DNA of 64,000 nt, taken from the NCBI GenBank assembly GCA_963770815.1, contig CAVYQV010000017.1, positions 853-64,852 of the forward strand. Reading direction: 5' to 3'. A program made the translations under genes and the position numbers. The notes under the pieces are model-generated. The model worked only from the letters and a program-made list of their open reading frames with translations. It was not told the DNA's origin and did not search any database. The first letter of the stretch is position 1, and every line of letters begins with the position of its first letter. Shown one piece after another: positions 18,986-28,226 of the stretch. This DNA comes from an uncultured Actinomycetes bacterium (GTDB lineage Bacteria > Actinomycetota > Thermoleophilia > Gaiellales > Gaiellaceae).

Positions 18986-20083
18986 TCACGCAGCGGCAGC
19001 CGCGGCCTTCTCGACCACGGCGGCGTTACGCGTCTGCTTCGCCTTCTTGACCAGCCGGCTCGCCGCCTCGAGGGCATCCTGAGCAGGGCGCGTCTCGTCG
19101 AGCAGCACGGCGCCGACGGAACCCGTGATCGTGCGCGGCCGCCCGTCGATCGCGAAGGGCCGGGTCGAGAGGAGCAGGCGGAGACGCTCGGCGAAGTCGG
19201 CGAGCTCGACCCGGTCGACGTGCGGGGCGAGCACGACGAACTCCTCCCCACCCCAGCGGAAGACGAGGTCGCTCGCGCGCAGCTCGCTCCGCAGCCGGTG
19301 GTGGACGTCGACGAGCAGCTTGTCCCCGGCCGCGTAGCCGTACGTGTCGTTGACCGTCTTGAAGCGGTCGAGGTCGAGGAAGCAGAGCGCCGCTGACCGC
19401 CCGCCGCGCCTGATCCGCGCCTGCTCGGAGGTCAGCGCCTCTGCGAGCGCGTAGCGATTCGGCGCGTCGGTCAGCGCGTCGACCCGCGCGCGCGAGCGCT
19501 CCGCTGCGAGTCTCCGCTCGAGACGGCGGCGGAACCGGTTCGCGCAGGCCGCGACGAGCAGCAGGCCCGCGGCGAAAGCGAGCGCGAGGCCCGGCGCCGT
19601 CGGGAAGATATAGAGGAACACGACGAGCAGCGGCGCCGGCAGGAACCAGCTGACGGCGAGGGGGCGCCAGGCCGCCCGTAGCTCGCGGCGGAAGCCGGGG
19701 CCGAGCATCCGCAGCACGATCCTCGCGTTGAGCGCGAAGCCGGTCGCGAGCCCGGCGGCCGCGGCCGCCACGGCACCGGACACGCCGTGTTGCGCGAGCT
19801 GTTCTCCGAGCAGGCCGACCACGAGTCCCTGCAGTGCGCCCGCGGCCGCGCACGCGATGCGCCTTCGCCGGACGCCGCCCGCCGCGAAGACCTCGGTCGA
19901 AGCACCGGCGACTGCGCCGACCAGCGGCCCGCCGACGAGCGCCGCGGCCACGAGGAACGGGCCCGAGAGGGAGATGCGCGTCCGCCTGCCGACGACGACG
20001 TCGAGTTGCTCGGCAAGCGCCGTCAGCGCGACGAGGACGAGCGCGGCCGCAACGCCGGTGTCGAGCCCGATGACTGCAGACAT
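18986..20083 (-). CDS. membrane-anchored diguanylate cyclase (GGDEF)
   Basis: Roughly five to six N-terminal TM segments, then 'DALTDAPNRYAL...FLDLDRFKTVNDTYGYAAGD...RWGGEEFVVL'. Confidence 0.85.
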   Translation of the reverse strand: MSAVIGLDTGVAAALVLVALTALAEQLDVVVGRRTRISLSGPFLVAAALVGGPLVGAVAGASTEVFAAGGVRRRRIACAAAGALQGLVVGLLGEQLAQHGVSGAVAAAAAGLATGFALNARIVLRMLGPGFRRELRAAWRPLAVSWFLPAPLLVVFLYIFPTAPGLALAFAAGLLLVAACANRFRRRLERRLAAERSRARVDALTDAPNRYALAEALTSEQARIRRGGRSAALCFLDLDRFKTVNDTYGYAAGDKLLVDVHHRLRSELRASDLVFRWGGEEFVVLAPHVDRVELADFAERLRLLLSTRPFAIDGRPRTITGSVGAVLLDETRPAQDALEAASRLVKKAKQTRNAAVVEKAAAAAA

Positions 20084-20140
20084 GAACGCATTGAACAGCC
20101 GCGATCGGACGCAGACGCCGTGCCTTGAGTGACTGGCCGG

Positions 20141-20800
20141 CTAGGTGGCGCGGACGATGAAGACCGCGATCGCGACGTACTGGCAGCTGAGGGCGACGAT
20201 CGTGAGGGCGTGGAAGAGTTCGTGGTAGCCGAAGACGCGTGGTAGCGGGTCGGGGCGGCGGACGGCGTAGACGACGGCGCCCGCGGTGTAGGCGACGCCT
20301 CCTGCTACGAGCAGGAAGAGCGGGGCGAGACCCTCGTTGTGGGCGAGTTGGGGGAGCGCTACGAGAGCGACCCAGCCGAGGGCGATCCCGAGCGCGGCGG
20401 ACAGCCACTTCGGCGCTCCTACCCAGCAGACCTTCGTGAGGGTGGCAAGGACGGCTCCGCTCCAGACGACGGCCAGGACGGTGGGGCGCCAGGCGCCGTG
20501 GAGGCCTATCAGAGCGACCGGCGTGTAGGTGCCGGCGATCAGAAGGAAGAGGGCTGCGTGGTCGGCACGCCGCATCCAGAGCCGACGGTTGGGGGGCCAG
20601 GTGATTCGGTGGTAGAGCGCGCTCGTGCCGAGCATGAGGCTCACCGTGACCGCGAATACCGCTGCCGCAAGGTCTCGCCCGGCAGGGGCGTGAGCCACGA
20701 ACAGGGCGCCGACCACACAGGAGACGACGAACGCGACTGCGTGCAGCACGCCGCGCAGACTCGGCCGCTGCGCCGCCTCGACCCCAACTGCGACGGTCAA
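20141..20800 (-). CDS. hemolysin III / PAQR family membrane protein
   Basis: Seven hydrophobic segments. 'YHRITW...RRADHAALFLLIAGTYTP' and 'GYHELFHALTIVA'. Confidence 0.85.
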   Translation of the reverse strand: MTVAVGVEAAQRPSLRGVLHAVAFVVSCVVGALFVAHAPAGRDLAAAVFAVTVSLMLGTSALYHRITWPPNRRLWMRRADHAALFLLIAGTYTPVALIGLHGAWRPTVLAVVWSGAVLATLTKVCWVGAPKWLSAALGIALGWVALVALPQLAHNEGLAPLFLLVAGGVAYTAGAVVYAVRRPDPLPRVFGYHELFHALTIVALSCQYVAIAVFIVRAT

Positions 20801-20810
20801 GGAGTCGGTC

Positions 20811-21050
20811 TCACCAGCGAAGAGGCTGCGCGGGAAGCGCGGCGACCTCGCCGTGCTCGTCGACGGAGATCACGAATCGCTGTTCGGCGCGGTCTTTCGC
20901 AACCCAGCGCAACGCGAAATGCAGCGGATGCCGACGCACGATCACAGCCTGAAGATCGCTCCTCGTCTCGACCCGGAAGCCTTGCGCACCACGCTGCGCG
21001 ATATAGGCCTCCAACGCAGCAGAGCGCGCGTCGGCCGTCTCGGCAGTCAT
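20811..21050 (-). CDS. hypothetical protein (79 aa)
   Basis: Internal ATG of ORF 20811..21074 ('MTAETADARSAALEAYIAQRGAQGFRVETRSDLQAVIVRR...'). No family recognised. Confidence 0.35.
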   Translation of the reverse strand: MTAETADARSAALEAYIAQRGAQGFRVETRSDLQAVIVRRHPLHFALRWVAKDRAEQRFVISVDEHGEVAALPAQPLRW

Positions 21051-21349
21051 CGCTCCCGTGCCGTGTCGAGCCACGACTCGATCTCCTTCAGACTCATGTC
21101 GTTGCGACCGTTGACGGACTTACGGTCGGTACCGATCAGGGCGTAGCCGTAGTCGGAGTGGCGAAGCTCGAGTCCGCCCGCACCGACTCGACGCCGCACA
21201 CTCCGTAGGCGCAACTTCTCATCCTTGGCCTGATTCGCGCCGGGCCAACTTTCCTCTACCACCAACGCATTGCCAGGAAGCTCAGCCACCCTCCGCGTGA
21301 TGCTCGGCACACCACCGTCACTACGACGCCCCGCGTTCACTGGACCCAC
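21047..21349 (-). CDS. hypothetical protein (100 aa)
   Basis: This ORF overlaps the downstream small ORF by 4 nt if that ORF starts at 21050. No family recognised. Confidence 0.3.
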   Translation of the reverse strand: MGPVNAGRRSDGGVPSITRRVAELPGNALVVEESWPGANQAKDEKLRLRSVRRRVGAGGLELRHSDYGYALIGTDRKSVNGRNDMSLKEIESWLDTARER

Positions 21350-21480
21350 TCCATCCCGGTCTCGGGCAACTCGCGTGCCCGCTTCGCGTGCGTCTGTCCC
21401 TTAGCCGCCATCCGTCCGCTCCCTTCACTCACTCGAACGGCAGCCGCAGCATCCTCGGACCCCGCGGCGGCCACTCGAAA

Positions 21481-21690
21481 CTAGGCGGACGCCAGCTCGA
21501 CGTTCGTCGCCTGCGGCCCCTTCTCGCCCTGCCCGGGCTCGTACTGCACCTTCGCGTTCTCGGCGAGCGTCTTGTAGCCCTCGCCCAGGATCGCGCTGTG
21601 ATGAACGAATAGATCGTCGCCGCCGTCATCAGGAGTGATGAACCCGTACCCCTTGTCGGCGTTGAACCATTTCACGGTTCCGGTTGCCAT
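21481..21690 (-). CDS. cspA: cold-shock protein (CspA family)
   Basis: '[34 protein letters not shown]' with RNP1/RNP2 motifs, 69 aa, and a long upstream leader. Confidence 0.9.
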   Translation of the reverse strand: MATGTVKWFNADKGYGFITPDDGGDDLFVHHSAILGEGYKTLAENAKVQYEPGQGEKGPQATNVELASA

Positions 21691-21923
21691 CGATGAAACA
21701 CCTCCTCCGCTGACCAGGAACGGGCAGAGGAAGCGCACTGCGCGCAACCGGTACTCGCTCAAATAGTCGAATGAGCCTAGCATCCGGGCGCTCGGAAATG
21801 CCCTCGCCCACGCCGAGCCGCGCTGACGAGCCGCGGAGGTCAACTCGGCAAGCCGCTCCTCAACCAGCCGACAGGTCTCGCGGATCTCGTCCGCAAGTTT
21901 ATCCCCGGTGCCGGCTCTGGGAA

Positions 21924-21958
21924 TGGAGGCGGCGGGAATCGAACCCGCGCAAGATTTC
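21924..21958 (-). repeat. partial direct copy of the tmRNA 3' end (att-like remnant, copy 1)
   Basis: 21924-21949, tggaggcggcgggaatcgaacccgcg, is identical to 28227-28252. The next 9 nt (caagatttc) match copy 2, not the tmRNA. There is no tRNA-like 5' acceptor partner. Confidence 0.8.
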
Positions 21959-22081
21959 GATCGGACGCGCCACGGAGATACACCGCACTCTCAGGGACGA
22001 AGCGGCGATCGTCGGCGGCGGCACGCCTCTCGCTGTCCGACTCGAGTCGCCTGGCTTTCACGCCAATGGCCCAGCTAAGAC

Positions 22082-22504
22082 TCAGTAGACCTTGACGACT
22101 CGGATCTTGCTACAGGTGAAGACCTTGTTTGCGTACTGACAGCTGGGAATGACCATCAGCTTGTGCCTGGCAGCCCCGGAGATCCTGTAGCCGCCCTTGG
22201 TCTCGCAAACGCCCTTGCAGGAGGATTCGAGGAAGACCTTGACGAGATAGCGGCGACTGTTGTCCTGAATAAAGACGGCAGGCTTACTCGAAGTGGCCTC
22301 AGACGAAGCCCAGGGTCCGCCGTTCTGGTTGACATTGACCGCGACCACCAGCTTCTTCTCGGCCGCTGCGGGCATGTTCTGCTTGACGGCGACGAACAGC
22401 TTGTGATGGGTGCGGGCAGCGCTCGTCGTCCTTGCTGCTGCCGGCAAGACCGTCAATGCACTGGCAACAACGAGCGCTAGAAGAATCAGGCTGGCCCTAC
22501 GCAC
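22082..22504 (-). CDS. small secreted protein (140 aa)
   Basis: Signal peptide 'MRRASLILLALVVASALTVLPAAA'. Six Cys residues. GC is visibly lower than in the surroundings. It lies between tmRNA-end copies 1 and 2. Confidence 0.6.
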   Translation of the reverse strand: MRRASLILLALVVASALTVLPAAARTTSAARTHHKLFVAVKQNMPAAAEKKLVVAVNVNQNGGPWASSEATSSKPAVFIQDNSRRYLVKVFLESSCKGVCETKGGYRISGAARHKLMVIPSCQYANKVFTCSKIRVVKVY

Positions 22505-22531
22505 AGAGAAAGAATAGCGCCGCTAGTAACG

Positions 22532-22584
22532 GCCAATTTGCGGGGATAGTGGAGGCGGCGGGAATCGAACCCGCGCAAGATTTC
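22532..22584 (-). repeat. partial direct copy of the tmRNA 3' end plus downstream flank (att-like, copy 2)
   Basis: 22532-22575 matches 28209-28252 at 43/44 positions: the 26 nt of the tmRNA end plus 18 nt of flank (gccaatttgcgggga[t/a]ag). It is followed by caagatttc, shared with copy 1. Confidence 0.8.
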
Positions 22585-22628
22585 ATTCGACGGTCGCTGG
22601 TCGCGTCTAGTTTCCGTCGCCGCGGTTG

Positions 22629-25600
22629 CTACGCGACGATCGTCTTGGCGCGCCAGTCCTCCGTCTCGTCGGCGCGCCAGCCGAGGCCGATCGCCCGGAA
22701 GCGACTCGACGCTTCGTCGAGGAGTTGGGCGTCGCCGCGGGCGACGCCCAGCGCTCGGAGCGCAAACGGTTCGGCGTACGTTCCCTGCCGCAGCCACCGC
22801 GGCGCCACGTTCTCGATGGCGTCGTGGTCACTGAGGGCGACGAGAGCGTCGAGAACTGCGGGGGGTTGGTCGTACCGATAGGGACCCTCCGACAGGTGGT
22901 CGAAGTCGATCGTGGCCGCAAGTCGCTCGAGCCCGGGCAGGTCAGCGCGGGCGAGCAACACTCGGATCCAGTGCGCGTAGTAGTACGGGCGCTGCCCCTC
23001 GATAGTCTGCGCGGCCGCCTCGAACTCGAGCCGTTCGGCGTCCGCGTCGTTGCCGGCGTACAGACTCGCCTGGGCACAGGTGAAGAGGGCAGTCGCATTC
23101 CCCGTGCAGGGCGCCGCCTCGTTTGCCTTGACCGTCTGCTCGACCTTCGGCGTGAGCTCACGAATGGCGTCCCAGCGACCTTGGACAGAGTCGACGTAGA
23201 GCCGGCAATCGACACCATGCATGCGGTGATGCGGGGTCAAGCCCTGCACGAGCGCCTCCAGCCGTTCGCATGCCTTCTCCGCTTCCGGCAGCTTCGCGAG
23301 GGCGATATAGACGCAAGCAGCCGTCATCTCGGCGAAGTGGCAGTCGTCGGGATCGGAGAGCGAGGGGACCAGAGCAAGGCGCTCTTCCAACCATCGGCGG
23401 GCGCCCTCACGGTCGCCGGCGTACCACGCAACGTCGGTCAGCGCTGCAAGCGCGTTCGAACGGAGATCGACGTCACCGCTGCGTAACGCGAGCGCGTGCA
23501 ATTGCCGAGCAGCAGCCTCGTCTCCTCGCTCGACCGCAGCCGCGGCGAGGGCCTTCGCATGGGCCCGTGAGCCGTCTTCCGACAGCTCGAGTGCCCTGTC
23601 GATCCAGCCGTCGATGAACTCCGGGGCCGGCCGCGGGTTCCACATTCCGGATCGAAGGACCGTCTGCAGCGCGAGCTCGCTGTAGAGCTCGCCGGAGGGA
23701 CCGGCAAGCGCGATCGCTTTCTCCATCGCGTCTCGGAACGCCTCTCCGTCGAACCGCAGCGCATTGGCATGGCCGATCTCCTCCCAGAGCTCGGCTTGTC
23801 GGTCCGGCTCCGATTCGTGAGCGACCGCCTGGTGCAGAAGGGCCAGCGCTTCGTCGATTTCGTATCGTCCGACGGCGAGCTGTGCCGCGCGGCGCGACCA
23901 CTCGACGGCGCGCGCCCGGAGTTCCACGACCCGGTCGTCCGACCCCGGCCAGGCGAGGTCGACGTCCTCGGGGAGGACTGCCGACGCGTAGTGGTGCGCG
24001 AGGAGGCCGGCGTGCTCGTCTCGCCCGAGGCCCGCGCCTTCGAGCCAGGAAGCGAATGCAGCGTGACGGTGAGCGCGAGTCGCCTTCGGCTGACTTTCGT
24101 ACGCGACCTCGCGCGTCAGCGCATGCTTGATGACGTACTCGCGCTCGCCGGGCAGCGACGAGCTGGAGCGGCGGTAGACGAAATCGCGCTCCTCGAGCAG
24201 GGCGAAGTCGGGCTGGGCTCCTTCGACGAGCTCGTAGACGGGGCCCGACCAGAAGGCGCGTCCGATCACCGAGGCGGCCTGCAGCGCCGACTTCTCCGCA
24301 GGTGGGAGGAGGTCGATGCGCGCGGCAAGGACGGCATGAACCGTGTCGGGAACGCGAAAACCGTCCGGAAGCTCGCCGAACGACCAACCTCCGCCGTCAT
24401 GCCGAAGAGCTCCCGTGTCGAACAGGGTTGCGATCAGCTCTTCGACGAAGAACGGGTTCCCCTCAGCGCGCTCGAGAATCGCGGTGCGTACCGATTCGGG
24501 CAGCTCGATGCCGAAGAGCTCGTCGAGCAGCTTCCCGGTGTTGCGCTCGCCGAGCCGCTCGAGGCGCAGGACGGTCGCATCCGGCCCGCTGCCCCAGCCG
24601 GGATGCAGGTCGTGAATCTCGGGGCGTGCCGTGGTGAGCAGGAGCAGCGGGCCGCTCACGTGGTCCACGAGCGTGGCGAGCAAGTCGAGCAGGTCCTCCT
24701 CCGACCAGTGCACGTCCTCGATCAGCAGCACCATCGGCCGTTCTGCCACCAGCCCGTCGAGCAGCTGGAGCCAGGAGTCGTGGAGCCGCTCTCTCGCCAC
24801 GAGCGGGTGCACGCCATCCGCCACGGCAAGCCCTATCGTCAGTCCGAGGCACGGGTGCGCCCGCAGGCGATCGAGCACGGCCTCCGCTGGATCGCCCTCG
24901 AGGATCCCGAAGTGCTCGCGGAGCACTTCGGCAAGCGGCCAATACGTGATGCCCTGTCCGTACGACAGGCAGCGCCCCGTGCGCTGAAGGGGCTGCGGCT
25001 CCTGCTCGGCAAGCCAGGCCCAGAGCTCGCGCACCAGACGCGTCTTCCCGACTCCGGCGTCACCGACGATCGCGACCAGTCGCGGCCGGCGCTCGGACAC
25101 TGTGGAGCGATATGCATCGCGCAGCCGCTCGAGCTCACGTTCTCTGCCCACGAAAGCCGGCCGCAGCACGCCCACCCCCCGTGGCCGCATCAGCGACAGA
25201 GCGCGCACGAGCCGACGGCAAGTGACACCGTCCGGCTTCCCCTTCGCCGCGACCGTTTCAGGCTCTCCGAGCTCGAAGGCGCCTCGGACGACGGCGGCCG
25301 TTCGTTCTCCTACGAGGATCTGGTCCGGCTTTGCCGCCTCCTCGAGCCGTGCGGCAACGTTGACCATGTCGCCGGTAACGAACGAGCTGCCTTCTCGCGG
25401 CCGTCCGACGACGACCTCGCCGGTGTTCACTCCGATCCTGAGCGCGAGTCGCTCCCCGAAGAGCTCGCGGAGCCTACGCTGCATGTTGAGCGCTGCGTGA
25501 AGCGCTCGCTCGGCGTGGTCCTCGAGCGCAGCCGGTGCCCCGAACGCCGCCATCACGGCGTCGCCGACGAACTTCTCGACGGTCCCGCCGGCGCGCTCGA

Positions 25601-25823
25601 TCTCGGCCGCCATCGCGTCGTAGAAGCGGTCGAGCAGCACACGCGTGCGCTCAGGATCCTCCGAGTCGGCGAGCGCCGTCGAGCCGACGAGGTCTGCGAA
25701 GAGGACGGTCGCGAGCTTGCGCTCCTCGGCGGGCGCCTGGCGCTGCTCGATGGGCGCCGCGCAGGCAGGGCAGAAACGGGCGTCAGCCGGTAGCGCCGTG
25801 CCGCATTGCGAGCAGGCAGCCAT
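22629..25823 (-). CDS. zinc-ribbon / class III adenylate-guanylate cyclase / AAA(STAND) ATPase / TPR-like multidomain protein
   Basis: 'CSQCGTALPADARFCPACAAP'. Cyclase block 'ATVLFADLVGSTAL...KFVGDAVMAAFG...RIGVNTGEVV'. P-loop 'IVGDAGVGKTRL' with 'LLIEDVHW'. Long helical repeat C-terminus. No C-terminal HTH is visible. Confidence 0.85.
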   Translation of the reverse strand: MAACSQCGTALPADARFCPACAAPIEQRQAPAEERKLATVLFADLVGSTALADSEDPERTRVLLDRFYDAMAAEIERAGGTVEKFVGDAVMAAFGAPAALEDHAERALHAALNMQRRLRELFGERLALRIGVNTGEVVVGRPREGSSFVTGDMVNVAARLEEAAKPDQILVGERTAAVVRGAFELGEPETVAAKGKPDGVTCRRLVRALSLMRPRGVGVLRPAFVGRERELERLRDAYRSTVSERRPRLVAIVGDAGVGKTRLVRELWAWLAEQEPQPLQRTGRCLSYGQGITYWPLAEVLREHFGILEGDPAEAVLDRLRAHPCLGLTIGLAVADGVHPLVARERLHDSWLQLLDGLVAERPMVLLIEDVHWSEEDLLDLLATLVDHVSGPLLLLTTARPEIHDLHPGWGSGPDATVLRLERLGERNTGKLLDELFGIELPESVRTAILERAEGNPFFVEELIATLFDTGALRHDGGGWSFGELPDGFRVPDTVHAVLAARIDLLPPAEKSALQAASVIGRAFWSGPVYELVEGAQPDFALLEERDFVYRRSSSSLPGEREYVIKHALTREVAYESQPKATRAHRHAAFASWLEGAGLGRDEHAGLLAHHYASAVLPEDVDLAWPGSDDRVVELRARAVEWSRRAAQLAVGRYEIDEALALLHQAVAHESEPDRQAELWEEIGHANALRFDGEAFRDAMEKAIALAGPSGELYSELALQTVLRSGMWNPRPAPEFIDGWIDRALELSEDGSRAHAKALAAAAVERGDEAAARQLHALALRSGDVDLRSNALAALTDVAWYAGDREGARRWLEERLALVPSLSDPDDCHFAEMTAACVYIALAKLPEAEKACERLEALVQGLTPHHRMHGVDCRLYVDSVQGRWDAIRELTPKVEQTVKANEAAPCTGNATALFTCAQASLYAGNDADAERLEFEAAAQTIEGQRPYYYAHWIRVLLARADLPGLERLAATIDFDHLSEGPYRYDQPPAVLDALVALSDHDAIENVAPRWLRQGTYAEPFALRALGVARGDAQLLDEASSRFRAIGLGWRADETEDWRAKTIVA

Positions 25824-25944
25824 TACAGGATTCTCGCGCCCACGGAGCGAGCCCGCAATCAGCCCAAGACCTGATGTCTAGAAACCTTCCTTGCCGTTCC
25901 CTTTGACCCATGGGAGAATCTCGCTTACAGCGAAGGAGGAGAGC

Positions 25945-26301
25945 ATGATCGATCACGTCGCAATTCCCGTGCGCGACCTCGCGGCGAGTCGGAGCTTCTA
26001 CGAGCCGCTGTTTGAAGGGCTCGGCGCGAAAGTGGTGATGGAGTGGCCGGGGGGCGTCCTGTTCGGAACCGACGACGGGATGGTGGCCCTTCGCGAGAGC
26101 GACCAGGTCGCGCCGCTCCACATTGCGTTCAAGGCCGATCGCCCAGGCGTCGCATCGTTTTACGAGACGGCCCTCGCCGCCGGAGGCTCCGACAACGGTC
26201 CGCCGGGTATTCGCGCGGAGTACCACGAAAACTACTACTCCGCCTTCGTCATCGACCCGAACGGGCACAACGTCGAGGCGGTCTGCCACCGACCCGCGTA
26301 A
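25945..26301 (+). CDS. VOC/glyoxalase-family protein
   Basis: ATG at 25945 is preceded by GAAGGAGGA. 'MIDHVAIPVRDLAASRSFYEPLF...YYSAFVIDPNGHNVEAV'. Confidence 0.8.
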   Translation: MIDHVAIPVRDLAASRSFYEPLFEGLGAKVVMEWPGGVLFGTDDGMVALRESDQVAPLHIAFKADRPGVASFYETALAAGGSDNGPPGIRAEYHENYYSAFVIDPNGHNVEAVCHRPA

Positions 26302-26366
26302 CGCCGCGCGATTGCGTCATCTCCCGCTCGACGCAAGTGATCCAAGAACTGAGAGACAGATCGGTC

Positions 26367-26397
26367 GTCTGGGCCAGTGTCCGGAATGACCTCTGAG
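26367..26397 (+). repeat. dispersed intergenic repeat, copy A
   Basis: gtctgggccagtgt-ccggaatgacctctgag. See copies at 38648 and 39686. Confidence 0.7.
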
Positions 26398-26467
26398 AAC
26401 TACCATCGCCGACATGTCGAAGTTCCACCACAGGCGCTGTCTGATCTGTAACGAGCCGATCTCCGGT

Positions 26468-27388
26468 TTAAGTGATAAAGCGGTGGATGGCCTCGTTGGC
26501 GTTGTCCTGAAACGACGGGTTGGCCAGATCGGGGAAGATGTCCGCTTGGTTGACCAGAGGACCCGTGAGCGTGTTGGCCGCGCTAGCGTAGAACATGCCG
26601 CTAGACAGGTTCGGGTCGGTGACGCCGTCGACGAGCCGCTTCGCTCCCACGTCGAGTTTGTGGGCGAGACCTAGGGCGGGCATGACGTACTTGGCGGCTA
26701 CCCGCATCGGTAGGGGAAGGTCGCTGGGGGCTTGGGTACCGGTGGTGTTCCCGGGGCTCACGGTGATGAAGCGGAGGTCGGGGTGCTGGCGGGCCAGGTA
26801 GGCCATCCAGAGGGCCCCGATGTACTTGGCCTGCCCGAACGCTAGGTTGAAGTCAGGTTTTCTGCCGGCGAAGTAGCTGCCGTCGATGACGGTGGAGAGT
26901 TCATCGGCTGAGGTTGAGACGAAGGATGGCCCTTTCATCCGCAACTTCGGAACTCCGCGGACTGCTTCACTTCCGGCGAGGACCGCAACCTCGCCAAGCC
27001 GCCCCTCGGCCAGGAGCCCTTCGAGGAGGACGACGTGGCCAAGGACGTTCGTCGCGAACACATTGGTGACCCCGTCAGCGGTCAAGTCCATCGAGTGCGG
27101 GCCAATGACACCCGCGTTCATGACCAGCGCATCGACCGATCCGTTGATGGCCGAAAGGCCGGCACGGACCGAACCCAGATCGGCGACGTCCATGAGAATG
27201 ATGTCAAAGATGTGCCGGCCGGTCACGGCTTCGAGTTCGGCCTTTGCCGCTGTCGCCCGATCTTGGTTCCGGCACGCCAGGTAGATCCGCGCCATCTCGG
27301 GGCGTAAGGCCAGTTGGCGGGCCACGTCCTTGCCGATCCCGGCGCTGGCGCCCGTGATCAACACGGTCTCTTCTGGGAGTGTGCTCAT
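26468..27388 (-). CDS. SDR-family oxidoreductase
   Basis: 'VLITGASAGIGKDVARQL', 'NAGV', 306 aa. Divergent from the TetR gene. Confidence 0.85.
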   Translation of the reverse strand: MSTLPEETVLITGASAGIGKDVARQLALRPEMARIYLACRNQDRATAAKAELEAVTGRHIFDIILMDVADLGSVRAGLSAINGSVDALVMNAGVIGPHSMDLTADGVTNVFATNVLGHVVLLEGLLAEGRLGEVAVLAGSEAVRGVPKLRMKGPSFVSTSADELSTVIDGSYFAGRKPDFNLAFGQAKYIGALWMAYLARQHPDLRFITVSPGNTTGTQAPSDLPLPMRVAAKYVMPALGLAHKLDVGAKRLVDGVTDPNLSSGMFYASAANTLTGPLVNQADIFPDLANPSFQDNANEAIHRFIT

Positions 27389-27421
27389 AGGGATTCCCTC
27401 TCATCTTTGCGGTCTGCCGAG

Positions 27422-27478
27422 ATTCTGGATTCGGTCATCCAGAATGGTCAGGACAAACTGGATTGTCAAATCCATTTG
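27422..27478. promoter_or_regulatory. two palindromes in the SDR/TetR divergent intergenic region (candidate TetR operators)
   Basis: ATTCTGGAT-tcggtc-ATCCAGAAT (27422-27445, perfect 9-bp arms) and CAAAcTGGATT-gtc-AAATCCATTTG (27454-27478, imperfect). Both contain TGGAT/ATCCA. Confidence 0.5.
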
Positions 27479-27489
27479 GTGCTAGCTTG

Positions 27490-28128
27490 ATGACCATGGC
27501 CGTTACGCAGACCAGGACGGGTCGTCCTCTCACCTCCCGCGGACAGGCGACGCGCGAGCGGATAGTGTCGGCGGCTGCGGCCGAGATCTTCACGCGGGGC
27601 GTAACGGCCACGACACTTGAGCACATCAAGGCCGCAGCGGAGGTGTCGAGCTCACAGCTCTACCACTACTTCGAGGACAAGGACGCCCTCGTCTTGGCGG
27701 TGATCGAGCACCAGGCGCAGGCTGTGCTTGCCGGCCAGGAGCCAGAGATCTCACACCTCGACAGCCTCGAGGCGTTGCACGCCTGGCGTAATCACCTGGT
27801 TGCGTCGCAACGGCGGGCCCGCTGCATCGGTGGCTGCCCGCTCGGAACGTTGAGCGGCCAGGTATCGGAGGCCATGCCCGATGCACGGCTAGAACTCGCT
27901 GCGGGATTCAATCGCTGGGAGGCCGCGATCAGGCAGGGGCTCGCAGCTATGCACCAGCGCGGTGAACTCCTGGAGAGCGCAGACCACGAGCGGCTCGCCA
28001 CAGCAACCCTGGCTGCCGTCCAGGGTGGGCTGCTACTGACGCAGGTCACACGCAATACAGCGCCGCTTGAGGCCGCGCTGGACGAGATGATCGCTCACAT
28101 CGCCGCGCTCACGCGCGCCGCCGCTTAA
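27490..28128 (+). CDS. TetR/AcrR family transcriptional regulator
   Basis: 'RERIVSAAAAEIFTRGVTATTLEHIKAAAEVSSSQLYHYFEDKDALV' HTH. An in-frame ATG at 27490 was chosen over the TTG at 27463. Confidence 0.85.
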   Translation: MTMAVTQTRTGRPLTSRGQATRERIVSAAAAEIFTRGVTATTLEHIKAAAEVSSSQLYHYFEDKDALVLAVIEHQAQAVLAGQEPEISHLDSLEALHAWRNHLVASQRRARCIGGCPLGTLSGQVSEAMPDARLELAAGFNRWEAAIRQGLAAMHQRGELLESADHERLATATLAAVQGGLLLTQVTRNTAPLEAALDEMIAHIAALTRAAA

Positions 28129-28226
28129 GTCCGGCGTCGTCTCACCTGATGCTGCGGACAACTATTCCGATCGACGCGCTTTCCGATCAACTGTTCCGAT
28201 CGAAAAGCGCCAATTTGCGGGGAAAG

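Noticed and set aside
21924-22625. Possible tRNA genes at the two GGAATCGAACCCGC sites.
   Set aside because: Only a T-arm/acceptor 3' half is present. No complementary 5' acceptor strand or anticodon arm lies within ~90 nt. The sites are identical to the tmRNA 3' end, so I interpret them as att-type partial duplications.
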